A DNA stretch of 64,000 nucleotides, from assembly GCA_937975645.1 (NCBI GenBank), contig CALJTV010000005.1:2021-66020 (forward strand). The letters run 5' to 3'. Both the position numbers and the translations under genes were made by a program. Positions 24,600 to 34,357 of this stretch are shown in pieces. Positions within the stretch are counted from its first letter, which is position 1; each line of letters starts with the position of its first letter. The DNA comes from an uncultured Dehalococcoidia bacterium (GTDB lineage: Bacteria > Chloroflexota > Dehalococcoidia > GIF9 > UBA5629). Below the pieces are notes generated by a model. It did not search any database and was not told the origin of the DNA. It saw nothing but the letters and a program-made list of their open reading frames with translations.

Positions 24600-25943
24600 T
24601 TACTGATCGACAGCACCAGTGCCCTTCGCCGTCCACAGTGGCTGAGTGGCAAACGACTCACCAGCCAGCTTTGCCCTCAATGTCTCCACCAGCCCCTTGA
24701 TCGGTAACCTGATCTGCGCCATGCTGTCCCGCTCACGGATGGTAACCTGATTGTCTTCAAGCGATTGGAAGTCTATGGTCACACAAAAAGGCGTACCGAT
24801 CTCGTCCTGCCGGCGGTACCGCCGCCCTATACTCTGCGCATCATCATACTGCGTCATAAAGTAACGGCGTAGCTCTCCGTAGATTTCCTTTGCCAACGGT
24901 ACCAGCCTCTCATTGCGACTTAGCGGTAGCACCGCCACTTTTATGGGAGCAAGGTCTCTGTGCAACCTCAATATCACCCTTTTCTCACCCTCAACCACCT
25001 CCTCGTCATAAGCATCGACAAGAAAGGCGAGCGCCGAGCGATCGACACCCGCCGAAGGTTCGATCACATAGGGTATATAACGCTCGCCAGTCTCATCATC
25101 GAAATAACTTAAGTCCTTTCCACTTTGCTGCGCATGCTGCCTCAAGTCAAAGTCACCCCTGTTGGCAATCCCTTCGAGTTCCGCCCAGCCCATAGGGAAC
25201 AGGTACTCAATATCATAGCAGTCTTTAGCATAGTGGGCTAATTCCTCCTTTGCATGTCGGCGCAGGCGTAAGTTCTCTGGCTTTATCCCCAAACTCAAAT
25301 ACCAGTTGAACCGCTCATTTACCCAGTACTCAAACCAGTGCTCATCCGTCCCCGGCTTTACGAAATATTCAATCTCCATCTGCTCAAACTCTCTGGTGCG
25401 GAAAATGAAATTGCCCGTGGTAATCTCATTACGGAACGACTTTCCAATCTGCGCAATACCAAACGGCAATTTCTTGCGTGACGTCGTCATGACATTCTCA
25501 AAATTTACAAAAATACCTTGAGCCGTTTCTGGTCGTAGATAGATCACATGAGCATCATCCTCCACAGGACCCATAAATGTCTTGAACATCAAGTTAAACA
25601 TCCTGGGCTCTGTAAGTTCGCCACCACAATCGGGGCATCGCTTGCCATTCAAGTCAGTGGCGCGCCACCTCAGGTGACACACTTTACATTCCACAAGTGG
25701 ATCAGAAAACCCAGCAACATGTCCGCTGGCAACCCAGACCTGAGGGTGCATCATTATGCTGCTGTCCAGCCCCACAATATCATCCCTCTCCTGCACCACC
25801 GCACGCCACCAAGCATTTTTTATGTTCCTCTTGAGCTCTACACCTAAGGGACCATAGTCCCAGCAACTCCCCAGCCCACCGTAGATTTCACTGCTCTGAA
25901 AAACGAATCCCCTCCGCTTGCACAGGGAGACCACCTTTTCCAT
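24600..25943 (-). CDS. glyQS: Glycine--tRNA ligase (class II, alpha2 type)
   Basis: '[41 protein letters not shown]', 'LRPETAQG', '[14 protein letters not shown]', 'IEPSAGVDR'. ATG 25943 is preferred over TTG 26003, which falls inside the predicted promoter. Confidence 0.9.
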   Translation of the reverse strand: MEKVVSLCKRRGFVFQSSEIYGGLGSCWDYGPLGVELKRNIKNAWWRAVVQERDDIVGLDSSIMMHPQVWVASGHVAGFSDPLVECKVCHLRWRATDLNGKRCPDCGGELTEPRMFNLMFKTFMGPVEDDAHVIYLRPETAQGIFVNFENVMTTSRKKLPFGIAQIGKSFRNEITTGNFIFRTREFEQMEIEYFVKPGTDEHWFEYWVNERFNWYLSLGIKPENLRLRRHAKEELAHYAKDCYDIEYLFPMGWAELEGIANRGDFDLRQHAQQSGKDLSYFDDETGERYIPYVIEPSAGVDRSALAFLVDAYDEEVVEGEKRVILRLHRDLAPIKVAVLPLSRNERLVPLAKEIYGELRRYFMTQYDDAQSIGRRYRRQDEIGTPFCVTIDFQSLEDNQVTIRERDSMAQIRLPIKGLVETLRAKLAGESFATQPLWTAKGTGAVDQ

Positions 25944-25993
25944 ATCTACCTTACACTGCTCGGGCACTTTGACCTCCTGCAAACACTTACCAC

Positions 25994-26022
25994 AGCTTAT
26001 CAACTTTATGTAATCGTGTCAA
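25994..26022 (-). promoter_or_regulatory. Candidate sigma70-type promoter for glyQS
   Basis: Minus strand: TTGACA (26022-26017), 17-nt spacer, TAAGCT (25999-25994). This leaves a leader of about 44 nt to ATG 25943. Confidence 0.4.
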
Positions 26023-26106
26023 AAGGTGGTTAAGAAGCTGTTAATAAACCCCAGTCTTTGGTGCGACACATAGCAAGGTGTTGACATTCCTGCTAGAATT
26101 AGCTTG

Positions 26107-27762
26107 ATGAAAATTGAGCACAAGCTTATAGTCATCTTCCAGACCATCCTGCTAGCTGCCATTATGTGTTGCCCACTCAGTCTATCATGCTACCGCCCAG
26201 AACCTGTGATGCCCGTTTCCCCACCTACTCCCCCACCACAGGAAGACATCACCCCACCGGAGACAACCCTGATAAGATTCCCAGCAGAAAACATCGGCAT
26301 TAACGAGGTGACCTTTGAATGGAAAGGTAACGACGATATCACATCGACCTCAGAACTGACATTCTCCTTCTTCCTCGAAGGACACGATACCGACTATACA
26401 CCCTTCACCACAGACACTTCCAAGACCTATACGGGACTCCACGCTGGTAAATATACATTTTATGTAAAGTCACGAGATCTAGCAGGCAACATAGATCCAA
26501 CTCCAGCAACAGTTACGTTCGTGGTCGAGACTCCGAAGTCAGAGCCAGATAAAGAGGCAGCCTTTGTGCCAGTCCCCAGTCCCATCCTCATAGTTCCTGG
26601 AGCTGACGTCAATCGCATCGCCGTCACCTACAATAATATAGTCTATGCCGTTGATTCCACCAACTCCCGACTGTACAAATCTGAGCCTGGTGGCATAGGC
26701 TGGAAAGATATCTCGGGGGCACTCGGTGCCGCACCGGCATGGATCGATCTTGCTATAGCACCTGATGACTATAACATCATTGCAGTGGTCACAAATAGCG
26801 GCAGAGAAGTGTACATATCCACAAACGGCGGCGCCAGCTTTGGGAGCACCGCATTGAACAACAAACTGGTTGGTGGTGAGCAAGTGACCTGCATCTCTAT
26901 TTCCCCACAATATGGCAATAACCGCTGGGAGGTAGCAGTTGGAACTTCGACAGGCTTTGGTAATGGACGGGTATGGGTAAACCAAGTCGCCGGCTTCCCC
27001 AGTGGCTGGTATGATATGAGCAGTGGCGCCACAGGCTGGCTACCACCACCGATAACGGGTGCCGACGTTTTCGCGGTCAGATATTCGCCCAACTTCGCTG
27101 TAGACGGCACTTTGCTCGCTATTGTGGCTACCACCCCACCCTCAGACGACGTCTATCTCTACATCGGCAGCCGGGATCTTGGTGACAAACTGACAAAATG
27201 GAACACCCTTTCTGGTTACCCTGTGGAAATCTGCGGGTCGAACCAAGATAGCCCTGGCACCCCTCTCAGGTACGCTGACATAGCCCTGCCAGCAGACTAC
27301 TCCGGGACAACCCCGTGGCACCGCCATGTATATATCTCCTGGAGCGACAACCCACCGGCCACACCCAGTTTCGGCAACCCAAACGACGGCGTATACCGCG
27401 TGGATGACACCGTCTGCTACCGCATTCTTACCAGCCCGGACGCTATATGCAGCTTAGCACACTACGGGACTTTCACTAGAGGCAAACTCCTTGCCGGCGC
27501 TGTATCGAGTACACAAACAGAGATATTCCGGGGACCTCAGACCTATTTTAGCGCTGACCCTTACTCGACCTGCCCCACCTGGCAAAAAAGTCGGAAACCG
27601 CCCACAGGTCCAGGACAGGCGAGAGTAGCCTGGTCCCCCGATGGCAACGTCGCTTACTGCGGTACCAGCTCCACCAGCGGCGGCTATCATGACCAGAGCG
27701 CCTTCTCAGTAAGCACCAACAACGGGCTAACGTGGAACCAGACAGGGCTGATAGACTTCTAA
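26107..27762 (+). CDS. Secreted or anchored protein: N-terminal hydrophobic segment, Ig/Fn3-like domain, BNR/Ycf48-like beta-propeller
   Basis: 'LIVIFQTILLAAIMCCPLSLSC' (signal or lipobox-like). 'VTFEWKGNDD...GKYTFYVKSRDLAGNIDPTPATVTF'. BNR-like 'STNGGASFG' and 'STNNGLTWN'. Confidence 0.65.
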   Translation: MKIEHKLIVIFQTILLAAIMCCPLSLSCYRPEPVMPVSPPTPPPQEDITPPETTLIRFPAENIGINEVTFEWKGNDDITSTSELTFSFFLEGHDTDYTPFTTDTSKTYTGLHAGKYTFYVKSRDLAGNIDPTPATVTFVVETPKSEPDKEAAFVPVPSPILIVPGADVNRIAVTYNNIVYAVDSTNSRLYKSEPGGIGWKDISGALGAAPAWIDLAIAPDDYNIIAVVTNSGREVYISTNGGASFGSTALNNKLVGGEQVTCISISPQYGNNRWEVAVGTSTGFGNGRVWVNQVAGFPSGWYDMSSGATGWLPPPITGADVFAVRYSPNFAVDGTLLAIVATTPPSDDVYLYIGSRDLGDKLTKWNTLSGYPVEICGSNQDSPGTPLRYADIALPADYSGTTPWHRHVYISWSDNPPATPSFGNPNDGVYRVDDTVCYRILTSPDAICSLAHYGTFTRGKLLAGAVSSTQTEIFRGPQTYFSADPYSTCPTWQKSRKPPTGPGQARVAWSPDGNVAYCGTSSTSGGYHDQSAFSVSTNNGLTWNQTGLIDF

Positions 27763-27764
27763 GC

Positions 27765-27793
27765 TTGACATGCGGCAACAAGTGCCCCATAAT
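27765..27793 (+). promoter_or_regulatory. Candidate sigma70-type promoter, implying a near-leaderless HAD-hydrolase transcript
   Basis: TTGACA (27765-27770), 17-nt spacer, CATAAT (27788-27793). ATG 27805 is only 11 nt after the -10, and no SD lies between them. Confidence 0.45.
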
Positions 27794-27804
27794 TTCTCCT
27801 TAGC

Positions 27805-28506
27805 ATGACCAAGGCAGTGTTCTTCGACTTCTACAACACCCTCGCCACCCACCAGCCACCACGTGAAAGGGTCTATGCCGACATCTGTAAAGAACTACTG
27901 GGCATCGACGTCGAGCTTAAGAGACTGTTTACCTCTTTATCCGAAGCTGACATCTACATGCGCCAAGAGACCAGCCGTTTGCCCATGGACAAGAGGTCTG
28001 AGCAGCAAAAGCTGGACTTCTACATCGAATACGTCACCCGAATCCTCAAGGGGGCTGGAGCGAATATCAACCGGGATACCGCCGTGCGAATAATCCCCGG
28101 ACTGCAGAAGCGAAGGTGGGAACTTAAGGTTTGCGATGACACGGTGCCAGCGCTGGAGCAACTGAAAAGACATGGTCTGATAATAGGGCTCATCTCCAAT
28201 GTTATCCAGGATATGGACAGCACCTTCACCCGTCTTGGTCTCCAGCCATATCTCGACATCAAGGTCACTTCAGGAGAGGTAGGGTGCGATAAACCGGAGC
28301 CTGAGATATTTCTAGCGGCTCTAAAGAAGGCGGATGTGCTCCCTGGAGAAACAGTCTATGTAGGCGACCAGTACGAGATAGATGTGGTCGGCGCCCGCGC
28401 TGTCGGTATGCAAGCCGTGCTTATCGACAGGAACGACTATTTCCCAGAAATAACAGACTGCCCCAGAATCAAAAGCCTCACCCAGGTGGTAGAATACATC
28501 ACATAG
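27805..28506 (+). CDS. HAD-superfamily hydrolase, subfamily IA (DxYxT variant as in L-2-haloacid dehalogenase-like members)
   Basis: Motif I 'VFFDFYNTL', motif II 'GLISN', motif III/IV 'K...VYVGDQYEIDVVGA'. Confidence 0.8.
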   Translation: MTKAVFFDFYNTLATHQPPRERVYADICKELLGIDVELKRLFTSLSEADIYMRQETSRLPMDKRSEQQKLDFYIEYVTRILKGAGANINRDTAVRIIPGLQKRRWELKVCDDTVPALEQLKRHGLIIGLISNVIQDMDSTFTRLGLQPYLDIKVTSGEVGCDKPEPEIFLAALKKADVLPGETVYVGDQYEIDVVGARAVGMQAVLIDRNDYFPEITDCPRIKSLTQVVEYIT

Positions 28507-28518
28507 AAGCAAACTACT

Positions 28519-29355
28519 TCAGCGTAATTTAGCTACATAGCCCCCCATGGGTACCCCCAGTGAATCAGCTACAGGCTGACACTTGGCTTTGAGACAATAT
28601 AAAACCCTGCCCTCTGCAGGCAATTCTGAAAGCGATTCCCAGTACCCCATCCCCTTAGCTAGTACCAGGTCAGCACTAGCAAACTCTTTTGTGAACTCAG
28701 CAGATGCTAGAGCCATATCTATACCCGGCGTAGCTGTGCCTGTGGTGATTATTTCACCCAGCTCAACCTCAAGCCCCAGCTCCCTCACATCGTCCAGAGT
28801 GGCATCGTTCTGTACTGGCGCCCCCTTGACTACATAGACCACTCGCACACGCTGTCTCAGCCACCTGACCAGAGGTAAGTCAAACAAGAGTTCACCAGCA
28901 TTGTCAGCAAGGTAGAGAAGTTTCCTTACGCCCATTAGCCTGTCCGCAAACTCCCGCGAGTCATCGATGACAAATTCCACCTTTTGACTCGCTGCCGCCT
29001 TTACTTCGTCAACCGGTCTAAAGAAGTCCATACTGTTGCCCAAAACAGCAAACTCAAGACAACTATGAAAATCGTCGCCGTTCACATGTGCCTGCGCCAC
29101 GATGTCCCTTGCCACAGCCATTTCCCCCTTTTTCATCCTACTATAGGGATCGGGGTTCCCAGTGACCCGCTTGACCACGTCGTGGATCTGGGCAGCGATG
29201 GCAATGGTGACCTTCTCCTGCGAAAAATTCCGCCTCAGGACTTCCAAGCCCTCCCTGATAGCAGCCTTCCTGACCACCCTACTATCGCTTGCTAGCTCAG
29301 CCGCCTGATAGACCAGTCTCTCCAGACAGGAATAACATTCCGCCGCAGCTTTCAT
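28519..29355 (-). CDS. DUF89 / ARMT1-like metal-dependent phosphatase (damage-control phosphatase family)
   Basis: 'CYSCLERLVYQAAE', 'LADNAGELLFD', 'KGMGYWESL', 'LKAKC', about 278 aa. Confidence 0.7.
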   Translation of the reverse strand: MKAAAECYSCLERLVYQAAELASDSRVVRKAAIREGLEVLRRNFSQEKVTIAIAAQIHDVVKRVTGNPDPYSRMKKGEMAVARDIVAQAHVNGDDFHSCLEFAVLGNSMDFFRPVDEVKAAASQKVEFVIDDSREFADRLMGVRKLLYLADNAGELLFDLPLVRWLRQRVRVVYVVKGAPVQNDATLDDVRELGLEVELGEIITTGTATPGIDMALASAEFTKEFASADLVLAKGMGYWESLSELPAEGRVLYCLKAKCQPVADSLGVPMGGYVAKLR

Positions 29356-29435
29356 ATTGCCAGATGGACATTGTAGAAACAGAGGGCTACTGATTTCAAC
29401 TAGAACATTATCTTAAGAACTCTCGCACAAGGGCT

Positions 29436-31220
29436 TTGCCAGCCCCTCAACTAGCTGATACAATATCAAAGATGACCCAGGGGCATAACCTGTTAGCCGT
29501 CTCAGGCAAAACAACAGATAGGGCAAGCCTAGCTGCAAGTGTACTTATCGGCGTGGTCTTCCTTGCCTCAGGAAGCGGCAAGTTGCTTGCCCCGCACGAG
29601 GCACCCGGACAGGTTGTCGACTTGATCAGTGCCATAGTCCCGCAGGCACTTCTCACACCATATGTGCTCCACTTCTTGTACAACATCCTTGTGCCATATA
29701 TACTCCCCAGCGCCGAACTCGTCCTCGGCATCATGCTGCTCATCGGCGCGGTGCCCCGTCTCGCAGCTACCCTGACCACCCCCCTGGCAGTGGCTTTCGC
29801 CTCGACAAATATCTGGGCGCTATCGCGTGGCAATTACCCTACCTGCGCCAGTTGCTTCGGTATCTGGGAAAATATCTTCGGTCACCTCACACCCCTACAA
29901 TCGCTCATCATCGATATCGTCCTGCTTCTACTCGCCCTAGCAGTAATCTTTTTCCACCCTGGCACCTTTCTCTCGAGCCGCAAAAGGTTCTCCGCAGCAG
30001 CTTCCAAAAGTAAACTCTGGCTACACACCCTGCGCCTGAACTTCAAACAATACGGCGTACGCCAATCAGCCATTATGTATTTAACAGCTTTAGGCAGCAA
30101 GACCAGACAAGTATGGAAGACTATCACCAGGGACTGGCGTGTGGCATCCGTTACTATCGCTGCATTTTTTGCCATAGCAGGCTTGGCTTCCTACTTCTCC
30201 GCCCTCAATCTGGTGCCCAGGGTAGAGGGTGTCAACATTTCCGAGATCTCGGACTCGTCCGCATTTGTTAATATTACACTGAACAAGCCAAGGATAGTGA
30301 CCCTCTCACTTTACGACGACCACAGCAACCAGACAGGGGTCTGGACAACGACAGTGCCTGAGACTCAGCATGGGGTCATTCTTGAGGGTCTTCTGCCAGC
30401 TACAAAGTACCACTTCAAAATAACTATCGAAGGTATGCGGCAAAGCCCAACAGCATATTATTTCACCACCACACCCCCCAAGGAACCACCACTAATATCT
30501 CAGATTACTGTCCTGCATGTAGGTGATACCAGCGCTACTATAACCTGGAACACCAACCGCCCAACGACCACCGAGATCGTTTACTGGTCAGCCGGCTCCA
30601 GCGAGCAAAGACAGGTAGTGGGCAACGACCTCACAACACAGCACGAGCTCACCCTAACTGACCTTTCTTCAGAAAGCACCTACTACTTCAGAATAAAAGC
30701 CACGGATGCTTACGGTCAGGACTTCATGGCTGAAGAAGATGGTGTATTCTCGCTAGGTATAGCACCTGAGGTGACAAAGCGTGCCCCGGACTTTACTTTG
30801 CCCTCTCTCGACGGCGATGCTGTACACCTGAGTGAGCTCAAGGGCAAAGTAGTCATGCTCAACTTCTGGAGCATGTGGTGCCCAGCATGTCGAAAGAAAC
30901 TGCCCGTCATTCAGGAGGTTGTCAATAAGTCCATCCCGGAGACAGTAGTACTGAATATCCATCTAGGAGGGCGGGAAGAGACCATCAAGAACTACCTCGA
31001 AAGCCAGGGCTTAGACCTTACCGTTCTTCTCGACAAAGACGGCAGTGTCCAAAACATTTACAATGTAGTCGAGACGCCTACGGTGTATATCCTTGACCGC
31101 GCCGGTATTGTCCGTTTGAAGAACCCTAGGTTCACCAGCGCCGCTGAGCTAGCCATCACCATACGGAAGGTGCTCGATAGTCCTGCCCTCATCGGCGCTA
31201 AGGTAGCTCCAGGACAATAG
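29436..31220 (+). CDS. Fusion protein: DoxX/MauE-like membrane domain (with CxxC) + 2 Fn3-like domains + C-terminal TlpA/ResA-type thioredoxin domain
   Basis: Four or five TM helices with 'YPTCASCFG'. Fn3-like 'TKYHFKITIEG' and 'SATITWNTNRPTTTEIVYW...STYYFRIKATD'. Thioredoxin fold 'APDFTLPSLDG..VHLSELKGKVVMLNFWSMWCPACRKKLP'. The start is uncertain (TTG 29436 or ATG 29472). Confidence 0.7.
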   Translation: MPAPQLADTISKMTQGHNLLAVSGKTTDRASLAASVLIGVVFLASGSGKLLAPHEAPGQVVDLISAIVPQALLTPYVLHFLYNILVPYILPSAELVLGIMLLIGAVPRLAATLTTPLAVAFASTNIWALSRGNYPTCASCFGIWENIFGHLTPLQSLIIDIVLLLLALAVIFFHPGTFLSSRKRFSAAASKSKLWLHTLRLNFKQYGVRQSAIMYLTALGSKTRQVWKTITRDWRVASVTIAAFFAIAGLASYFSALNLVPRVEGVNISEISDSSAFVNITLNKPRIVTLSLYDDHSNQTGVWTTTVPETQHGVILEGLLPATKYHFKITIEGMRQSPTAYYFTTTPPKEPPLISQITVLHVGDTSATITWNTNRPTTTEIVYWSAGSSEQRQVVGNDLTTQHELTLTDLSSESTYYFRIKATDAYGQDFMAEEDGVFSLGIAPEVTKRAPDFTLPSLDGDAVHLSELKGKVVMLNFWSMWCPACRKKLPVIQEVVNKSIPETVVLNIHLGGREETIKNYLESQGLDLTVLLDKDGSVQNIYNVVETPTVYILDRAGIVRLKNPRFTSAAELAITIRKVLDSPALIGAKVAPGQ

Positions 31221-31379
31221 GTAAACACATACCGTCCCCCAATGCTCGTCCTAGCATAATCACAGACTATACACCGCCATTGCCTCACGCCGTGCAGCCA
31301 GACAAGAGAAGACTACACACCGGCAACGCTTTAAGCCACCATCGGGGATTATGCTAAAATTAATCGCAAGGGACAAGTC

Positions 31380-32351
31380 ATGCCTGCAAACTTACCGCCG
31401 CAATATTTCGAGGCTGAAAAACAATACCGGCAGGCTAAGACTCCAGAGGAAAAAATTGAGGCTCTGGAAGCCATGCTTGCGGTCATGCCCAAACACAAGG
31501 GCACAGACAGACTGCATGGCGAACTGCGCAGGAAAATAGCTAAGTTCACCGAGGAGGCGGAACGAAAGGCTGCTATCAGCCGCGCCAGCTTCTACATAAA
31601 AAAGGAAGGGGCTGGACAGGTAGCACTCGTCGGTCTCCCCAATTCTGGCAAATCAAAGCTCCTCGCTGCCGTAACCGATGCCACACCTGAGATCGCGGAT
31701 TACCCCTTCACCACCCAAACACCAAACGTCGGCATGATGAAGTTTGAGAACATCCAGATTCAGATAGTTGATACACCACCGATAACCTCCCGTGGTTCAA
31801 GAATCTGGCTGAACAACATTTTTAGAAATGCCGACCTCCTCGCCATCGTCATTGACCTCGGCGATGAGACAGCATCCCAAATCGACACCGTCCTCAGTGA
31901 ATTAGAAAGGATCGGCATAGTACCCCCAGACTCCCCCATCCAAGGTACCGTAGGTAAACGCCAGAAGAAAATGTTGCTCATCGGAAACAAGATCGACCTC
32001 AACGCTGCTGCACTCCGTTGGGAGCAAATAAAAAAACGCTATCCCAACATGCCCAGCATCTCTATCTCAGCGGCATATGGTAGCAACCTGGAGGAATTCA
32101 AGAAAACCGTTTTCAATACGCTGGAAATCATCCGGGTCTACACCAAAGCACCGGGCAAGAAGCCAGACCTCACAGAACCAGTGATCCTGCAAAAGGGTAG
32201 CACCGTCAAGGAGGCTGCTGAGGCTATACACAAGGACTTCAGATACAAACTCAAGTACGCTGTGGTCTGGGGCTCAGGTAAATTCGATGGTCAAAGGGTG
32301 AGCCAAGAGCACGTGCTGCAGGATGGGGATATAATCGAGCTCCATATCTAA
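31380..32351 (+). CDS. DRG/Rbg-type (Obg-superfamily) GTPase with a C-terminal TGS domain
   Basis: N-terminal 'HKGTDRLHGELRRKIAKFTEE'. G1 'GLPNSGKS', G2 'YPFTT', G3 'DTPP', G4 'NKID'. TGS 'IRVYTK...VILQKGSTVKEAAEAIHKDF...VSQEHVLQDGDIIEL'. Confidence 0.8.
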   Translation: MPANLPPQYFEAEKQYRQAKTPEEKIEALEAMLAVMPKHKGTDRLHGELRRKIAKFTEEAERKAAISRASFYIKKEGAGQVALVGLPNSGKSKLLAAVTDATPEIADYPFTTQTPNVGMMKFENIQIQIVDTPPITSRGSRIWLNNIFRNADLLAIVIDLGDETASQIDTVLSELERIGIVPPDSPIQGTVGKRQKKMLLIGNKIDLNAAALRWEQIKKRYPNMPSISISAAYGSNLEEFKKTVFNTLEIIRVYTKAPGKKPDLTEPVILQKGSTVKEAAEAIHKDFRYKLKYAVVWGSGKFDGQRVSQEHVLQDGDIIELHI

Positions 32352-33301
32352 GGGGATAACAGACCTCTTTTCCTTAACCACAATCCATACAACTTATTCG
32401 CCAGTTCCTCTATATACACCCTATTTTCCAGTTTTGAATACCACCGCTCCGGGACCCCCTCCACCCCCAAGTAAGCACCCGAGATAGCACCAGCCATGGC
32501 CGCTATGGTATCGGTGTCACCACCAAGGCGCACAGCCAGTAAAACAGCATCTTTAAAGGAACTGGCGCGAGAGGCGAAGCAGTATATGGCAGTGGGGACA
32601 GAATTGAAAGCTTCAACGCCATGACCTAACTCGCCAGCAATGAGAGAGACATCGTCCACGCCCATAAGCTTTTTCGCCCTAAGCAGCTTTTCCCTGTACG
32701 CAGTATGCTGGACAAAGTCGATCAGTTTGGATAAAAATGCCTCTGCGTCAAAGCTTGAACCCGGTTGCATCCCGAACGCCACAGCAACAGCATATGCCTG
32801 TAAAGCTGCCCCCTCTTTGCCCAGCTCATGACTATGTGTAATCTGACTCGAGCTATAAGCCACTTCACGAAGGGACTCAATATCATCGTGGTACAAAGCA
32901 CCTACAGGAGCAATCCGCATCGCTGCGCCATTCCCATATGAACCACCGTGATAGACTTTTTCACCCAACCTGTCCCAAGGTTCGCCGCGCCGGAACATCC
33001 GAAACAATAGCGGCGGCCCCGGACCATAACCACGCCAAGGCTCAGCCTCATAGTTGCTGGTAAACACTTCCGTCATATGTGCCCCATCAAAACCTTCTTT
33101 CGCTACCAGAGACTCAGCTACCCCGATCATCATGTGGGTATCATCGGTATACCGGAAGACACCTCTCTCCTCGAGGACAGTTTCGATGGTCTGAAGGTCG
33201 AAGGGAGCCAGACCCTCGAAGCCTGCTCCTACAGCATCACCAACGCCAGTGCCGATGAGTGCACCGACAAACTTCGACCTCAAAAGATCGTCGGGTAACA
33301 C
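32348..33301 (-). CDS. ADP-ribosylglycohydrolase family protein
   Basis: 'GALIGTGVGDAVGAGFEG', 'YTDDTHM', 'GNGAAMRIAPVG', 'GGDTDTIAAMAGAISGAYLG'. Confidence 0.85.
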   Translation of the reverse strand: MLPDDLLRSKFVGALIGTGVGDAVGAGFEGLAPFDLQTIETVLEERGVFRYTDDTHMMIGVAESLVAKEGFDGAHMTEVFTSNYEAEPWRGYGPGPPLLFRMFRRGEPWDRLGEKVYHGGSYGNGAAMRIAPVGALYHDDIESLREVAYSSSQITHSHELGKEGAALQAYAVAVAFGMQPGSSFDAEAFLSKLIDFVQHTAYREKLLRAKKLMGVDDVSLIAGELGHGVEAFNSVPTAIYCFASRASSFKDAVLLAVRLGGDTDTIAAMAGAISGAYLGVEGVPERWYSKLENRVYIEELANKLYGLWLRKRGLLSP

Positions 33302-33426
33302 GCCACAAACCCCCGAGACTTTCTGGCAAGGATTATTATATACTAATCGCTGCAGTTATAGCAGAGCGTTTAGAAACGAAACAAAAATAAAATCGACTCC
33401 GTCACGAACAAGGTAAACGAGTCCAA

Positions 33427-34356
33427 GTGGTAAATCGTAGGACTGCCGATCGGATAAGCAAGATCTCCAAAGATACAGCCCACGGCGCTAGCTGGCTGAC
33501 AAGGCAAGCTATAAGCATCCTGAGCCTTGCCGCCAAAGAAAGCTATGCTGAGACCACCGAACAGTTCATCGAGGAGATGAGACAGACGGCTTTCGCCATC
33601 GCCAAAGCTAGACCAAGCATAGTCTCGATAGTCAATTACGCCAATTCTTTCCTCATCGACCTAATGAGAGCTGGACAACAGAAAGACCTTGGCGCACTCA
33701 AATCATACGCTACAGCGAAAGGGCTAGAACTGATAACGGTTTCAAGACAAGCCTTTTTGAAGACCATAGAATACGCCAGCGCTATAATCAAGGACAACGA
33801 TGCCATCGCAACCTGTAGTTATAGCTCCACCGTATGCCAGACTCTAGCAGCAGCGAAACATAAGGACACCAATTTCCGTGTCCTCATTGCCGAATCCAGG
33901 GTCGACAGCACTAGCTACGGCGAGACCACAGCTATCGAACTTGCCAGACATTCTATACCCACAGAGATATTTGCCGATAACAGTATTTCGCGTCAGGTTG
34001 CAAAAGCCAGCAAGTCAATTATCGGCGCCGATGCTGTTACCGCCAGCGGCTATATTGTAAACGGTACGCCCAGCTTGCGGCTAGCTCAGGCTTCCAGAAA
34101 CAGACAGGTCCCGTTTTATGTGGTCTGCGAGACAGCAAAGTTCGACCTCTTCGGTTACTTGGGCGAATGCACAGAACCAGGATTCGACAGCGTCCCGCTC
34201 AGCATATGCACAGCGGTGATAACAGAAAAAGGCACGATGAGACCAGACTTAGTAGTCGCCTATATTCAGCAAAAAAGTGAGGAAATGGTCCGGCTCTTTT
34301 CCCAACAGGGCTTACAGCCGCTGCAAAGAGAAAACCGGTCAAGCGAACTAAAGTAG
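33427..34356 (+). CDS. eIF-2B alpha/beta/delta-like family protein (sugar-phosphate isomerase family: ribose-1,5-bisphosphate / MTR-1-P isomerase-like)
   Basis: 'GASWLTRQAISIL', 'IATCSYSSTV', 'RVLIAESRV...G', 'IIGADAVTASGYIVNGTPS', 'VPFYVVCETAKF'. GTG start. Confidence 0.7.
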   Translation: MVNRRTADRISKISKDTAHGASWLTRQAISILSLAAKESYAETTEQFIEEMRQTAFAIAKARPSIVSIVNYANSFLIDLMRAGQQKDLGALKSYATAKGLELITVSRQAFLKTIEYASAIIKDNDAIATCSYSSTVCQTLAAAKHKDTNFRVLIAESRVDSTSYGETTAIELARHSIPTEIFADNSISRQVAKASKSIIGADAVTASGYIVNGTPSLRLAQASRNRQVPFYVVCETAKFDLFGYLGECTEPGFDSVPLSICTAVITEKGTMRPDLVVAYIQQKSEEMVRLFSQQGLQPLQRENRSSELK

Positions 34357-34357
34357 C

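Noticed and set aside
25944-26003. Upstream TTG start (26003) extending glyQS by 20 codons
   Set aside because: The extension ('[20 protein letters not shown]') is not GlyRS-like. TTG 26003 falls inside the predicted TTGACA-17-TAAGCT promoter. The conserved GlyRS N-terminus begins at ATG 25943.
25944-26103. Possible T-box leader upstream of glyQS (and likewise upstream of tyrS at about 41329)
   Set aside because: The available leader is only about 44 nt after the predicted promoter. I found no T-box consensus (AGGGTGGTACCGCG-like) or terminator/antiterminator pair. tyrS starts 1 nt after ribF, leaving no leader.
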